This document shows positions 27,597 through 38,381 of a DNA stretch of 64,000 bases, piece by piece. The stretch comes from Candidatus Omnitrophota bacterium (GTDB taxonomy: Bacteria > Omnitrophota > Gorgyraeia > Gygaellales > Profunditerraquicolaceae): the NCBI GenBank assembly GCA_026387335.1, contig JAPLLX010000001.1, forward strand, positions 234,620-298,619, given 5' to 3'. The position numbers were made by a program, and so were the translations under genes. The notes under the pieces were generated by a model. That model saw only the letters and a program-made list of their open reading frames with translations, ran no database searches and was not told the DNA's origin. Each line of letters starts with the position of its first letter. Within the stretch, counting starts at the first letter, position 1.

Positions 27597-28241
27597 GTGA
27601 AGATATTTATTGATACCGCCAACATTAGAGAGATAAAAGAAGCGGTAAGCCTCGGGCTAATAGACGGCGTAACTACCAATCCCACATTAATAGCAAAAGA
27701 AAACAAACCTCTGCGGGAGATATTAATAGAGATCTGTTCGCTAGTCTCGGGGCCCATAAGCGCAGAAGTGATTAGCTTGGATGTCGAGGGTATGGTGAAA
27801 GAGGCGCGCGTACTCGCGCAGATCGCCAAAAATATTGTGGTTAAGCTACCCTTGATTAAAGATGGGATAAAAGCGGTCAGGATTTTAGCATTAGAAGCTA
27901 TCAAGACGAATGTTACGCTTTGCTTTTCGGCTAACCAGGCGCTGCTGGTGGCCAAGGCGGGAGCGGATTATGTCTCTCCGTTTATCGGCAGGTTAGACGA
28001 TATTGGGCAATCCGGTATGGATTTGATACGTAATATTAAGACGATCTATAATAATTATGGATTTAAAACTCAGATTATCGTTGCTTCCGTGCGTAACCCC
28101 GTGCATGTGCTGGATGCGGCACTGGCAGGGGCGGACATAGCCACAATTCCGTTTGGGGTAATTGAGCAGTTAATAAAACATCCCCTTACCGATATTGGAA
28201 TACAAAAATTCCTGGAAGACTATAAAAAGATACCTAAATAA
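27597..28241 (+). CDS. tal: Transaldolase / fructose-6-phosphate aldolase (TalC/Fsa type)
   Basis: [29 protein letters not shown]. Confidence 0.9.
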   Translation: MKIFIDTANIREIKEAVSLGLIDGVTTNPTLIAKENKPLREILIEICSLVSGPISAEVISLDVEGMVKEARVLAQIAKNIVVKLPLIKDGIKAVRILALEAIKTNVTLCFSANQALLVAKAGADYVSPFIGRLDDIGQSGMDLIRNIKTIYNNYGFKTQIIVASVRNPVHVLDAALAGADIATIPFGVIEQLIKHPLTDIGIQKFLEDYKKIPK

Positions 28242-30533
28242 ATGTCCAAGAAATCATTTCTCTCCTGCGTTCCTATAGTCTTATTTTGCGTTTCTGTAGC
28301 TTACGCCGAGAATATCCTGAATACCGGATCAAAATCCCAACCGATTACCATTAACGGCGATGTGGTAGAATATTCTGCCGATTCCCAAGAGGTGACTGCA
28401 ACGGGCAACGTGGAGATCATTTCAGGCGATACCAAGTTAACCTGCAGAAAATTGACCGTGAATACCCAGACCAAAGAAGGCACAGCTTCAGGGAAGGCAC
28501 GGCTTGAAGATAGTAAGGGGATCATCGAGGGCGAGAAGCTGATTTATAATTTTCAGACCAAGACCGGGACAGTTGTTGACGCGCAATTCCGGGCAAGTCC
28601 TTATTTTGGAAAAGCCAGAAATATTGATAAGGAGAGCGAAAAAGAATTTGTAGCGCATTATGGTTACGCCACTACCTGCAGTTTTAACCGTCCGCATTAC
28701 CGGATCAGCTCAAAACAGATTAATATTAGGCCGAAAGAATTGATCCAGACCAAAGACGACTACCTGTATTTGGGCCCGGTTCCTATAATGTACCTGGCCG
28801 CTTTTAACCAGATGTTTGATGAGCCGATGATGCATGTAAGCGTGCTTCCCGGAAAGCGTAAAGACTGGGGGCCTTATTTACTGAGTGTATCCAGGTTTAA
28901 CCTGACTAATAATGTTGAGGGCAGGGCATATCTGGATTACCGTGATAAATTAGGCTGGGCTGAGGGGTTTGGATTAAATTATGTTAAGACGGCGGTGGGA
29001 AGCGGGGATTTTAAGTTTTATTATACTGATGAAAGCACCAAGAGTTATTCCAATTCTTCCACGGTTTCCCGTTCTGCCTACCAGAGGTATTTTATGCGCC
29101 TGCGCCATAAATGGGATATTGATAAGCAGACTAACTTGGTTGCCGAAGTCTATAAAATCACCGACCAGAAAAGAAAACTTTATGATCCTGCCGCTAATAT
29201 ACTGAAGGATTATTTCTACCGGGAATTCGAAAAGGATGAGCAGCCCTTAAGCTACGCCTTGTTCCACCATAGTTTTACCTACTCCAGCTTTGATCTATTG
29301 CTGCAAAAGCGGACTAATAACTGGTTTGACCAGCTGGATAAAATGCCCCTAGCAACATTTACGCTTCCCAGTATTCAAGTGGGAAATTCCCCGTTTTATT
29401 TTGAAAACAATTCTACTTTTGGCACTTTTAACAAAAAATACAGTATGTATCCTAGGACTGCTGATGACTTGACTGTAACCAGGCTGGATACCACCAATAA
29501 GATTTCTATTCCTATGAGGGTAGCTTTTTTTAGGATCAGTCCTTTTGTTCAGGTGCGCGAGACTGTGTATGATAAAGGCGTAAACGGCAGCTCTACTTTG
29601 CCTGCCAGGAGCACCTTTTATTCCGGCGCGGAAGTGAGCACTAAGTTTTATCGTTTATTTGATGTTAAAACTAATGCCTTGGGCCTGGATTTAAACGGCC
29701 TAAGGCATGTCATTACTCCCAGCATAAGTTATTCCTATAATCCTGAACCAACCACTTCCAGCAATAAGTTACCTCAGATTGATGGCGTAGATATGCTTAC
29801 TTCCAGCAATGCCGCCGCCTTAGAATTATCCAATAAATTACAGACCAAGCGTAAGGATAAAGACGGAAAGGAAGTAAGCGTTGATTTTGTAGATTTTAAG
29901 ATCAATACCACTTACGCCTTCGCTCCGCGCATTGCTTACGGGACTACTCCTATTGTTTTATATAATAATACGGTTGTGGATACTCTTGATCCCGATAAGA
30001 AAAACAAATTGGGCGCGGGTTTTTCGGATTTTCTTTTTAGATGTAAAATACTACCTTATGCCTGGATGAGGATAGAGGCAGACGCTACTTACAAACATTC
30101 AGGCGTCTCCAGCGATACGGATCATTACAACTATAATCATTTTTCTACCGTTAATTACGATATTAATTTTGATTTTGCTCCCGAGCGTTCATTTGGATTA
30201 GGCCAACGCTACCAGAGGAAAGGCCAGAGCCAGATAACCGCCAGTTTTCAATGGCGGCTTAATCCAAAATGGAAAATTTCCATGTACGAAAGGTTTAATT
30301 TGAAGGATTATCTGGATACATCTATTTCTCCGAATGTCTGGGTGGGTAAGACTTCGTTGGAACAGCAATTTACGCTCACCAGGAACCTGCATTGCTGGGA
30401 TGTGGATTTTACTCTGGATACCCGCAAGAACAGCGGCACTACCATATATGTAATGTTCAGGTTAAAGGCATTCCCTGAAAACGAATTTGGCTTTAACCAG
30501 AGTTATAATGAGCCTAAATCAGGAGCTCAGTAA
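28242..30533 (+). CDS. lptD: LPS-assembly protein LptD-like
   Basis: Signal peptide, OstA-like N-terminus, 'TTC...PHY', 'RHVITP', 'RNLHCW'. Confidence 0.7.
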   Translation: MSKKSFLSCVPIVLFCVSVAYAENILNTGSKSQPITINGDVVEYSADSQEVTATGNVEIISGDTKLTCRKLTVNTQTKEGTASGKARLEDSKGIIEGEKLIYNFQTKTGTVVDAQFRASPYFGKARNIDKESEKEFVAHYGYATTCSFNRPHYRISSKQINIRPKELIQTKDDYLYLGPVPIMYLAAFNQMFDEPMMHVSVLPGKRKDWGPYLLSVSRFNLTNNVEGRAYLDYRDKLGWAEGFGLNYVKTAVGSGDFKFYYTDESTKSYSNSSTVSRSAYQRYFMRLRHKWDIDKQTNLVAEVYKITDQKRKLYDPAANILKDYFYREFEKDEQPLSYALFHHSFTYSSFDLLLQKRTNNWFDQLDKMPLATFTLPSIQVGNSPFYFENNSTFGTFNKKYSMYPRTADDLTVTRLDTTNKISIPMRVAFFRISPFVQVRETVYDKGVNGSSTLPARSTFYSGAEVSTKFYRLFDVKTNALGLDLNGLRHVITPSISYSYNPEPTTSSNKLPQIDGVDMLTSSNAAALELSNKLQTKRKDKDGKEVSVDFVDFKINTTYAFAPRIAYGTTPIVLYNNTVVDTLDPDKKNKLGAGFSDFLFRCKILPYAWMRIEADATYKHSGVSSDTDHYNYNHFSTVNYDINFDFAPERSFGLGQRYQRKGQSQITASFQWRLNPKWKISMYERFNLKDYLDTSISPNVWVGKTSLEQQFTLTRNLHCWDVDFTLDTRKNSGTTIYVMFRLKAFPENEFGFNQSYNEPKSGAQ

Positions 30534-31873
30534 TGAATATCGCGATAATCGGATCGGGTTATGTGGGTTTAACTACCGGAGCTTGTTTTTCCGAGCTGGG
30601 TAATAAGGTTTTTTGCGTAGATAATGATCTTAAAAAGATTAAAGGCCTTAAAAATGGCCTGATCCCTATATATGAGCCGGGATTAGAGGAGTTAATAACT
30701 CGCAACGTCCGTAAGAAACGCTTGATTTTTACCTCAAGTATTAAAGATGCGGTGCGCTCCTGCAAGGTAATCTTTATTACAGTAGGTACTCCTGTTTTGG
30801 ATAATGGAGAGGCAAACCTCAGCTACATAGAAAATGTGGCGGCGAGCATAGCCGTAAATTTACCTGCGTCTACCTGTCCAACAGGCAAGCACCAGGCAGG
30901 AATGAACGGCTACAGGCTTATTGTGGAGAAATCCACTGTTCCGGTAGAAACAGGAGAATGGGTAAAGCATATTATCTTGGCTAATGTTAAGGGCAAGGTT
31001 AGGTTTGATGTAGCTTCCAACCCGGAATTCTTAAGGGAAGGACAGGCGATAAATGATTTTATGAATCCGAACAGGATAGTTATCGGAGTAGAGTCAAAAA
31101 TAGCCAGAGATTTATTGAGCGAGTTATACAAGCCTTTTAACGCGCCTTTAGTAATTACAAATATTAAATCAGCAGAGCTGATCAAACACGCCTCCAACGC
31201 TTTCTTAGCCACTAAAATTTCATTTATTAACGCTATATCCCGGATCTGCGATAAGGTAGGCGCGGATGTTGAAGAAGTGGCTAAAGGTATGGGCCTGGAT
31301 AAAAGGATAGGTTTAAGCTTTCTTAAAGCCGGAATCGGCTATGGCGGCTCTTGTTTTCCTAAGGATTTGGATGCCTTTGTGGCTATTTCCGATAAGCTGG
31401 GCTATGATTTTAAATTGCTTAAATCAGTAAAAAAAGTAAACATAGAGCAGCTGGATTTTGTCTTCCAAAAGATAAAAGATTCATTGTCATTGATTAAAGG
31501 TAAAACTATCGGAGTCCTGGGTCTGGCCTTTAAGCCTAATACTGATGATATCCGTAACTCCGCGGCAATAGGATTGATTAAAATGTTGCAGAAAGAGGGG
31601 GCAAAAATTAAAGCCTATGACCCTCAGGCTATAGAGAAGTCTAAACAAGTATTAGCCGGAGTTACTTTTTGCCCGGACGCTTATGCAGCCTGTCTTGCGT
31701 CAGATTGCCTGTTAATCGCGACCGAGTGGGATGAGTTTAAAGAATTGGATTTTAGCCGGATCAAGGAATTACTTAAGAGGCCGTTGATTATTGACGGACG
31801 CAATCTGTATGAAGCTAAGGCTATGAGTAAGCTGGGATTTTCTTATATCAGCATCGGCCGCAAGAATATATGA
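30533..31873 (+). CDS. ugd: UDP-glucose 6-dehydrogenase with a 14-aa insertion
   Basis: GSGYVGL, EKSTVP, SNPEFLREG, GYGGSCFPKD, FKPNTDD. Confidence 0.92.
   Translation: MNIAIIGSGYVGLTTGACFSELGNKVFCVDNDLKKIKGLKNGLIPIYEPGLEELITRNVRKKRLIFTSSIKDAVRSCKVIFITVGTPVLDNGEANLSYIENVAASIAVNLPASTCPTGKHQAGMNGYRLIVEKSTVPVETGEWVKHIILANVKGKVRFDVASNPEFLREGQAINDFMNPNRIVIGVESKIARDLLSELYKPFNAPLVITNIKSAELIKHASNAFLATKISFINAISRICDKVGADVEEVAKGMGLDKRIGLSFLKAGIGYGGSCFPKDLDAFVAISDKLGYDFKLLKSVKKVNIEQLDFVFQKIKDSLSLIKGKTIGVLGLAFKPNTDDIRNSAAIGLIKMLQKEGAKIKAYDPQAIEKSKQVLAGVTFCPDAYAACLASDCLLIATEWDEFKELDFSRIKELLKRPLIIDGRNLYEAKAMSKLGFSYISIGRKNI
30860..30901. repeat. Palindromic in-frame insert in ugd
   Basis: CCTGC...CCTGT-CCA-ACAGG...GCAGG nested inverted repeats; 42 nt. 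Confidence 0.6.
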
Positions 31874-33150
31874 TAAATAAGAATAAATTTAAAATCGCGG
31901 TTGTAGGTTTAGGTTATGTCGGTTTCCCCTTAGCTGTCGCATTTGCCAAAAAAGGCATTCCGGTAACGGGTATTGAGATAGACCAGGATAGGCTCAAACA
32001 TATCAAAAATAAAGTTTCGTATATCAGCGATGTATCCAGCCGGGAATTGAAAAGCCTGTTATTAAAGAGAAAATTCAGGGCAACCTCGGATTTTTCCGTT
32101 TTAAAGGATTGTAATGCGGTGTTGGTCTGTGTTCCTACGCCGTTAAGAGGGAAATACCTTCCGGATATATCCTTTATAAAAAAATCGTTTGATTCGATAG
32201 CTAAACATATAAGAAGAGGGACGCTGGTAGTTTTAGAGAGCACGACCTATCCCGGTACTACCGAAGAAGAGATACTCCCGATTTTTAAAAAGCATAACTT
32301 AAAACATGGCCGGGATTTTTATCTCTGTTTTTCGCCGGAGAGGATCGACCCGGGGAACACAAAGTTTCCGGTCAATAAAATACCTAAAGTCGTCGGCGGC
32401 ATAAATAAAAAAGCCACTGCATTGGCCGTCGCCCTTTATAGCACTGTTATTAATAAGGTTGTGCCGGTTTCTAGCGCCCGCGCCGCGGAAACAGTAAAAT
32501 TGCTGGAGAATACCTTCCGCCTGATTAATATTGGTCTTATCGATGAGTTGGCGATGATGGCGCATAAAATGAAAATTGATATCTGGGAGGTGATTAGCGC
32601 GGCCTCGACCAAGCCGTTTGGTTTTATGCCTTTTTATCCCGGCCCCGGAGTAGGCGGGCACTGTATCCCAAAAGACCCTCTGTATCTGTATTGGAAAGCC
32701 AAAAGTTTTGGATTTAAATCGCGTTTTATTAAGCTCGCTTCTGACGTTATCAGCTATATGCCGGAATACGTGGCTGTTAGGATTGAAGAGGTACTTTCGG
32801 AAAGAGGATTAAGGATAAGCGGAGCAAAGATCCTGGTCGTCGGGGTGACCTACAAAAAGGATGTTAAGGATTTACGTAAATCTCCCAGTATTGATTTGAT
32901 CAGGAGTCTGAAAAAAAGACGCGCCCAGGTGCATTATTTTGATCCGTTTATCCCGTATCTTAAAATTAAGGAGCTAGACCTAAAATCTATTATTTTAAAG
33001 AAGAAAGACTTGGGGGATTTTGATTGTGTGGTCATAGCTACAGACCATTCCAATATAGACTATAGATATTTATTAGATCATTCCCAACTGATTTTTGACA
33101 GCCGTAATGTTTATAAGCGGATCAAGGATATGAAGGTGGTTAAGTTATGA
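31870..33150 (+). CDS. UDP-N-acetylhexosamine 6-dehydrogenase (WbpA/WecC-like)
   Basis: GLGYVG, ESTTYPGTT, FSPERIDPGN, GPGVGGHCIP. Confidence 0.88.
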   Translation: MINKNKFKIAVVGLGYVGFPLAVAFAKKGIPVTGIEIDQDRLKHIKNKVSYISDVSSRELKSLLLKRKFRATSDFSVLKDCNAVLVCVPTPLRGKYLPDISFIKKSFDSIAKHIRRGTLVVLESTTYPGTTEEEILPIFKKHNLKHGRDFYLCFSPERIDPGNTKFPVNKIPKVVGGINKKATALAVALYSTVINKVVPVSSARAAETVKLLENTFRLINIGLIDELAMMAHKMKIDIWEVISAASTKPFGFMPFYPGPGVGGHCIPKDPLYLYWKAKSFGFKSRFIKLASDVISYMPEYVAVRIEEVLSERGLRISGAKILVVGVTYKKDVKDLRKSPSIDLIRSLKKRRAQVHYFDPFIPYLKIKELDLKSIILKKKDLGDFDCVVIATDHSNIDYRYLLDHSQLIFDSRNVYKRIKDMKVVKL

Positions 33151-34082
33151 AAAGGTTTCTGGTTACCGGAGGAGCGGGCTTTATAGGTTCCCACATAGCC
33201 CAGAGGCTGGTAAAGATGGGCCACTATGTGCGCGTCCTGGATGATTTTTCCAGCGGTAAAATAAGCAACTTAGAAGACTTTATTGATGAAATTGAATTGA
33301 TTAAGGGGGATATTTGTTCTAAAACCGCCTGTGTTAAAGCTACCCGGGGGATGGATTTTGTTTTGCACCAAGCTGCTTTGAGAAGCGTGCCTAAATCTAT
33401 GCGCTGGCCGCATAGCTATAATGAAGTCAATATTAACGGAACGCTGAATATGTTAGAGGCTGCAACCTTAAATAAGGTAAAGCGTTTTGTCTTTGCCTCA
33501 TCCAGCTCGGTGTACGGAGAGGTCAAGGATTTTCCGGAAAAGGAAACGTTTATCCCCCAGCCGATTTCTCCTTACGCTTTGAGTAAATTAGCGGGTGAGC
33601 ATTACTGCAATATTTTTAGCCAGCATTATAAATTACCTACTGTTGCGCTGCGCTATTTTAATGTTTTTGGTCCCCGGCAGCCTTCGGATGATGAGTATGC
33701 CGTGGTTATTCCTAAGTTCATTAACTGTTTGTTAAAAAACGAGCATCCGCCGATTTACGGCACAGGAAGGCAATCGCGCGATTTTACTTTTGTCAGCAAT
33801 GTAGTGGACGCTAACCTAAAGGCTAGCGGAAACAGATCTTTAAAATCCGGGGTATTTAACATTGCCTCGGGAAAAGATTACTCGGTATTAAGTTTGGTCA
33901 GTAGCTTAAATAAGATCTTAGGAAAAAACATAAAACCGGTTTTCTTAAAGAAGCGGCCGGGTGATGTTTTTAGGACATCCGCGGATCTATCCCGAGCTAG
34001 CAAGGTTTTAGGGTTTAAGCCAAAAATTGATTTCTCCCGGGGATTAATCTTAACCGTAGGCTACTGGAGAGATAATGCCTGA
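33147..34082 (+). CDS. NAD-dependent nucleotide-sugar epimerase (WbpP/GalE-like SDR)
   Basis: [37 protein letters not shown]. Confidence 0.88.
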   Translation: MKRFLVTGGAGFIGSHIAQRLVKMGHYVRVLDDFSSGKISNLEDFIDEIELIKGDICSKTACVKATRGMDFVLHQAALRSVPKSMRWPHSYNEVNINGTLNMLEAATLNKVKRFVFASSSSVYGEVKDFPEKETFIPQPISPYALSKLAGEHYCNIFSQHYKLPTVALRYFNVFGPRQPSDDEYAVVIPKFINCLLKNEHPPIYGTGRQSRDFTFVSNVVDANLKASGNRSLKSGVFNIASGKDYSVLSLVSSLNKILGKNIKPVFLKKRPGDVFRTSADLSRASKVLGFKPKIDFSRGLILTVGYWRDNA

Positions 34083-35001
34083 AAAGAGAGTAGTGATAAC
34101 CGGAGGCGCCGGGTTCATTGGTTCGCATCTGTCGTCAAGGTTAGTTACTTTAGGCTACCGGGTAGTTTGTATCGATAACCTGATCACCGGAAGCTTAAAT
34201 AATGTTAGAGGTTTATTAAAAAACAAAAAATTTGTATTCATGAAGCAGGATGTCTGTAATTATATTGATCTAGCCGGTAAGGTGGATTATGTCTTGCATT
34301 GCGCTTCATTAGCCTCACCCGAAGATTACCTGCATTTTCCGATTAAAACACTCAAAGTAGGCTCTTTGGGCACCCATAATGCCTTGGGTTTAGCCAAGGA
34401 GAAGAAGGCCGTCTTTATGTTATTTTCCACATCCGAAGTGTATGGCGACCCGTTGGTCCATCCGCAGAAAGAAAGCTACTGGGGAAATGTGAATCCCGTC
34501 GGAATCCGGGGCTGTTACGATGAATCCAAGCGTTTTGCGGAAGCCCTGACCATGGCTTATCATCGGGCGCATAAGTTAGATGTAAAGATCGCCAGGATCT
34601 TTAATACGTATGGACCAAAGATGCGGCCGCACGATGGAAGGGTCGTACCTAATTTTATCAGCCAGGCTTTAAATAATAAGCCTTTAACTGTTTATGGCAC
34701 AGGTAAACAGACACGCAGTTTTTGTTATATCAGCGATTTAGTTGAAGGTTTATACCGTTTAATGAAATCAGCGGTAAATGCGCCGGTTAATTTAGGCAAT
34801 CCCGCTGAATTTACGGTAATGCAGCTGGCTAAGATGGTATTAGAGTTGACTAATTCCAAGAGTAAGATTGTTTTTAAGCCCTTACCTGAAGATGATCCTC
34901 GCCAGCGTCAGCCGGATATCTCAAGGGCCAAAAAGCTATTAAAATGGTTGCCTAAAGTTCCGCTGGAAGAAGGCCTCAAGAAAACTATCTCCTCTTTTTA
35001 A
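34075..35001 (+). CDS. UDP-glucuronate decarboxylase (UDP-xylose synthase)-like SDR
   Basis: [41 protein letters not shown]. Confidence 0.88.
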   Translation: MPEKRVVITGGAGFIGSHLSSRLVTLGYRVVCIDNLITGSLNNVRGLLKNKKFVFMKQDVCNYIDLAGKVDYVLHCASLASPEDYLHFPIKTLKVGSLGTHNALGLAKEKKAVFMLFSTSEVYGDPLVHPQKESYWGNVNPVGIRGCYDESKRFAEALTMAYHRAHKLDVKIARIFNTYGPKMRPHDGRVVPNFISQALNNKPLTVYGTGKQTRSFCYISDLVEGLYRLMKSAVNAPVNLGNPAEFTVMQLAKMVLELTNSKSKIVFKPLPEDDPRQRQPDISRAKKLLKWLPKVPLEEGLKKTISSF

Positions 35002-35011
35002 AGCTTCGCAG

Positions 35012-35074
35012 GAATCTCCGCGGCACATTGCCGCGGAGTCAAATTAACGTTTCATTAATGAAACGTTAATTTGA
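35012..35074. repeat. GC hairpin plus perfect 36-bp palindrome
   Basis: GAAT-CTCCGCGGCA-CAT-TGCCGCGGAG, then TCAAATTAACGTTTCATT|AATGAAACGTTAATTTGA. Confidence 0.8.
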
Positions 35075-35085
35075 AAGCGCTTTCC

Positions 35086-35115
35086 TTGACAATCAGAGTG
35101 TTTATATGTTATACT
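35086..35115 (+). promoter_or_regulatory. Sigma70 promoter upstream of cvpA-nif3-dnaG-rpoD
   Basis: TTGACA-18 nt-TATACT with extended TG. Confidence 0.6.
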
Positions 35116-35156
35116 TTAATACTTTTAGCTCACCATAAAAAGAAAGGCCTAACCCT

Positions 35157-35741
35157 ATGTTGCTAAATATCTTAAAACAAATCAACTGGCTGGACATTTT
35201 TGTTTTAGTGCTCATGGCTAGAATTTGTTACATTGCGGTTAAAAGCGGATTTCCCGTAGAGTTGTTTAAATTTGTAGGTACGCTTAGCGCTCTCTACCTA
35301 GCCCTGCATTATTATACAGTTTTGTCGGGCTATATAATCAACCAGGTCTCTTTTTTAGACAAATTACCTGGGGAGTTCCTGCAATTTATTGTTTTTTTGG
35401 CTTTAGTAACCGGCGGGTATTCTTTGTTTATATTGTTACGCAGTATTTTCTACAGGTTCCTGAAGATGGAGGCGGTTTCTACCCTGAATAAATGGGGAAG
35501 CCTGATTCTGGGAATAGCTAGAGGAGTGCTTTTAGCCAGCCTGATTATGTTTATGTTTACTGTGTCCAGCGTAGGATATTTTAAGAACAGCGTAAGGGCC
35601 TCTTATTTAAGTTCGCGCCTGTTTTCGGTTGCTCCGGATACTTACTCTTGGATATGGAATAGTATTACTTCCAAGTTTGCCTTATCCGAGAAATATAACC
35701 CAACAGTTACTCTAACCACTGAGGAGTTCTTCAAGAAATGA
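35157..35741 (+). CDS. CvpA (colicin V production)-family membrane protein
   Basis: 'NWLDI....GF..E', 'LNKWGSLILGIARG'. Confidence 0.75.
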   Translation: MLLNILKQINWLDIFVLVLMARICYIAVKSGFPVELFKFVGTLSALYLALHYYTVLSGYIINQVSFLDKLPGEFLQFIVFLALVTGGYSLFILLRSIFYRFLKMEAVSTLNKWGSLILGIARGVLLASLIMFMFTVSSVGYFKNSVRASYLSSRLFSVAPDTYSWIWNSITSKFALSEKYNPTVTLTTEEFFKK

Positions 35742-36610
35742 AACTATCCCGTTTTTACGACCTGGTGATTAAACTGGGTGCCGAGCGCGACCCAAGAAAA
35801 AATAAATCCGCGATAAAATCGTATCCTGATACAGCTATACTTTACGGAGACCTTAAAACCAGGGTGAGAAAGATCCTGGTCGGCGTAGATATGGAGGTTG
35901 GAGAGCTGCTTTTAGCCGACAAGATCCGCCAGAAGAGCGGCCTGGATCTAGTTGTGGCGCACCACCCGGAAGGAAGGGCTTACGCGCTTTTACATGAGGT
36001 GATGCAGTTACAGGTGGATTTATTAAAACAAGCGGGGATCTCGGGAATAGTAGCCCAAAAACTGCTGGAGGAAAGAAAAAACGAAGTAGAGAGAAGGATC
36101 CTCCCTCAGAATCACAATCGTTGCGTGGACGCCGCGCGTATATTAAAGATGCCTTTTATGTGTATGCATACGCCCGCGGATAATCACGTTAATTATTTTT
36201 TAAAGAAGCTGTTGGAGGCGAAAAAGCCGAAATTAGTCCGGGATATTATTGATATTTTGCTTGGGATACCGGAGTATCAGGAAGCAAAAAAGAATATGAG
36301 CGGCCCGCGGATTATCTTGGGTTCGTTAAATAAACCGGTGGGAAAGATCTTCCTAGAGATGACCGGAGGCACCGAAGGTTCAAAAGATGTTTTTGCTAAA
36401 CTTTATAAAACCGGGGTGAGGACGCTTATCTCTATGCATTTAAGCGATGAACATCTCAAGAAGGTCAAGGAAGCCAACCTGAATGTAGTTATCGCCGGGC
36501 ATATAGCTAGCGACAGCCTAGGTTTAAACCTTCTTTTAGACAGGATTGAAAAAGAAGAAAAACTGGAAGTTACCGGATGTTCGGGTTTTAAGAGGATAAA
36601 AAGAAACTAA
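35738..36610 (+). CDS. NIF3/NGG1-interacting-factor-like metal-binding protein
   Basis: AHHPEG, HTPADN, AGHIASDSLG. Confidence 0.75.
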   Translation: MKLSRFYDLVIKLGAERDPRKNKSAIKSYPDTAILYGDLKTRVRKILVGVDMEVGELLLADKIRQKSGLDLVVAHHPEGRAYALLHEVMQLQVDLLKQAGISGIVAQKLLEERKNEVERRILPQNHNRCVDAARILKMPFMCMHTPADNHVNYFLKKLLEAKKPKLVRDIIDILLGIPEYQEAKKNMSGPRIILGSLNKPVGKIFLEMTGGTEGSKDVFAKLYKTGVRTLISMHLSDEHLKKVKEANLNVVIAGHIASDSLGLNLLLDRIEKEEKLEVTGCSGFKRIKRN

Positions 36611-36611
36611 T

Positions 36612-38381
36612 ATGCCAGGCCGAATCCCAGAAAATATATTGGATGATATTCTATCCAGGGTGGATATTGTTGAAATTATAGCCGGGTATCTGCCGCTTAA
36701 ACGCTCAGGCCGTAATTTTAAAACGTGTTGTCCTTTTCACCATGAGAAGACCCCCTCTTTTATGGTCTCCCCTGACCGGCAGATTTACCATTGCTTTGGT
36801 TGCGGAGAGTCGGGGAATGCCTTTAAGTTCCTTATGCGCTATGAACGCCTGGATTTTCCGGAAGCAGTGGAAGCGCTAGCCAGAAAAACAGGGGTTATTT
36901 TACCTCAAGACGAAAGACATCAGTCTAAAACTAGCGGATTATCCGCGCAAGTTTACAGGATCAATGAATTAGCCGCTGGTTTCTACGCCGGAAATTTGAA
37001 TTCACCTCAGGGATTGAAACCTAAGGATTATTTGTTAAAACGGGGGATAAAAGAAGAGACTATTCACGGATTGAAGTTAGGATTGGCTTTAGATAGGTGG
37101 GATAGCCTGATTAATAATTTAAGGCCTAAATCTATAAGCCTGGATTTATTGGAAAAGGCAGGGTTGGTGATAAATAAGGAGGGCGGCGGCTACTATGACC
37201 GGTTCAGGAACAGGATAATATTCCCTATATTTGATATCAAGGATAGGGTTTTAGGTTTTGGCGCGCGGGTCCTGGATAACAGTTTGCCTAAGTACCTTAA
37301 TTCTCCCGAAACCCCGGTATATACCAAGGGCAGGCATTTATATGGTTTTAATCTGGCCAAAGAGAGTATCCGGGAGAATGACTTTGTGGCAATAGTGGAA
37401 GGTTATTTGGATTTTATTATTCCTTACCAGGAGGGTTTAAAAAGTATTGTTGCTTCTTTGGGCACAGCTTTGACTATTGAACAGGTAAGATTCTTAAAAA
37501 GGTATACCCATAATGTGGTGATGGTCTATGACGCCGACAGCGCCGGAGAACTGGCGACGCTGCGCAGTTTGGATATATTTATTGAAGAAGAGATGAATGT
37601 AAAAATAGTATCCTTGCCTAAAGGCCTTGACCCGGACTCGTTTGTCCGTAAGTATGGAGTAGCCGCTTTCCGGGATAAAATAATCAATGCCCAGAATATA
37701 CTGGATTATAAGCTGGGGATCTTAAAATCCCGCTATAACCTAAAAGAAATTGAAGGAGTGGCTAAGGTTTCCGCTTTAATGCTGGAGACGATAGCTAAAT
37801 TTAAGAACGCGGTCTTAAAATCGGAATACCTAAGAAGGTTGGCCCAGGAATTAAATATCCGGGAAGAGGCCCTGCTACAGGATCTGCATAAGGTAAAAAC
37901 CGAAGGGCCTAATTCGGTTGCGCATATGACCATCCACAGGAGAGTAAATAGCGTAAACCCTACCGAGAAACTGCTTATGTCGCTTATGCTGGAAGAAAGT
38001 TCCCTGATTAACCGCATAAGAGATACGCTGGATGTAAAAGACTTTCAGGATGAGCGTATATCCAGGATCGTCTCGATTATGTTTGATCTGGTGGACCAGG
38101 GTAAAGCGGTTGAACCGCAAATCTTGATGAATCACCTGGGGGATGATATATCAGAATTGGTTTGCGAGTCTGTTTTCCTGCCGCAAGCCGCTTCCGAGAG
38201 CCACAAGGAAAGAGTAGTTGATAATTGTATCCAGCGTATGAAGAGCGATCGAATGAAACTGGAAAGAGAGAGACTGCATGAGCAGATCAAGTCTGCTCAG
38301 GCTCTTGGCGATAATGAAGCCCTTAAGCGCCTTACGGAAGAATTCCATTGTTTAATTAAAAAAAAGGCAGGTAAAGTATGA
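36612..38381 (+). CDS. dnaG: DNA primase
   Basis: [42 protein letters not shown]. Confidence 0.96.
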   Translation: MPGRIPENILDDILSRVDIVEIIAGYLPLKRSGRNFKTCCPFHHEKTPSFMVSPDRQIYHCFGCGESGNAFKFLMRYERLDFPEAVEALARKTGVILPQDERHQSKTSGLSAQVYRINELAAGFYAGNLNSPQGLKPKDYLLKRGIKEETIHGLKLGLALDRWDSLINNLRPKSISLDLLEKAGLVINKEGGGYYDRFRNRIIFPIFDIKDRVLGFGARVLDNSLPKYLNSPETPVYTKGRHLYGFNLAKESIRENDFVAIVEGYLDFIIPYQEGLKSIVASLGTALTIEQVRFLKRYTHNVVMVYDADSAGELATLRSLDIFIEEEMNVKIVSLPKGLDPDSFVRKYGVAAFRDKIINAQNILDYKLGILKSRYNLKEIEGVAKVSALMLETIAKFKNAVLKSEYLRRLAQELNIREEALLQDLHKVKTEGPNSVAHMTIHRRVNSVNPTEKLLMSLMLEESSLINRIRDTLDVKDFQDERISRIVSIMFDLVDQGKAVEPQILMNHLGDDISELVCESVFLPQAASESHKERVVDNCIQRMKSDRMKLERERLHEQIKSAQALGDNEALKRLTEEFHCLIKKKAGKV

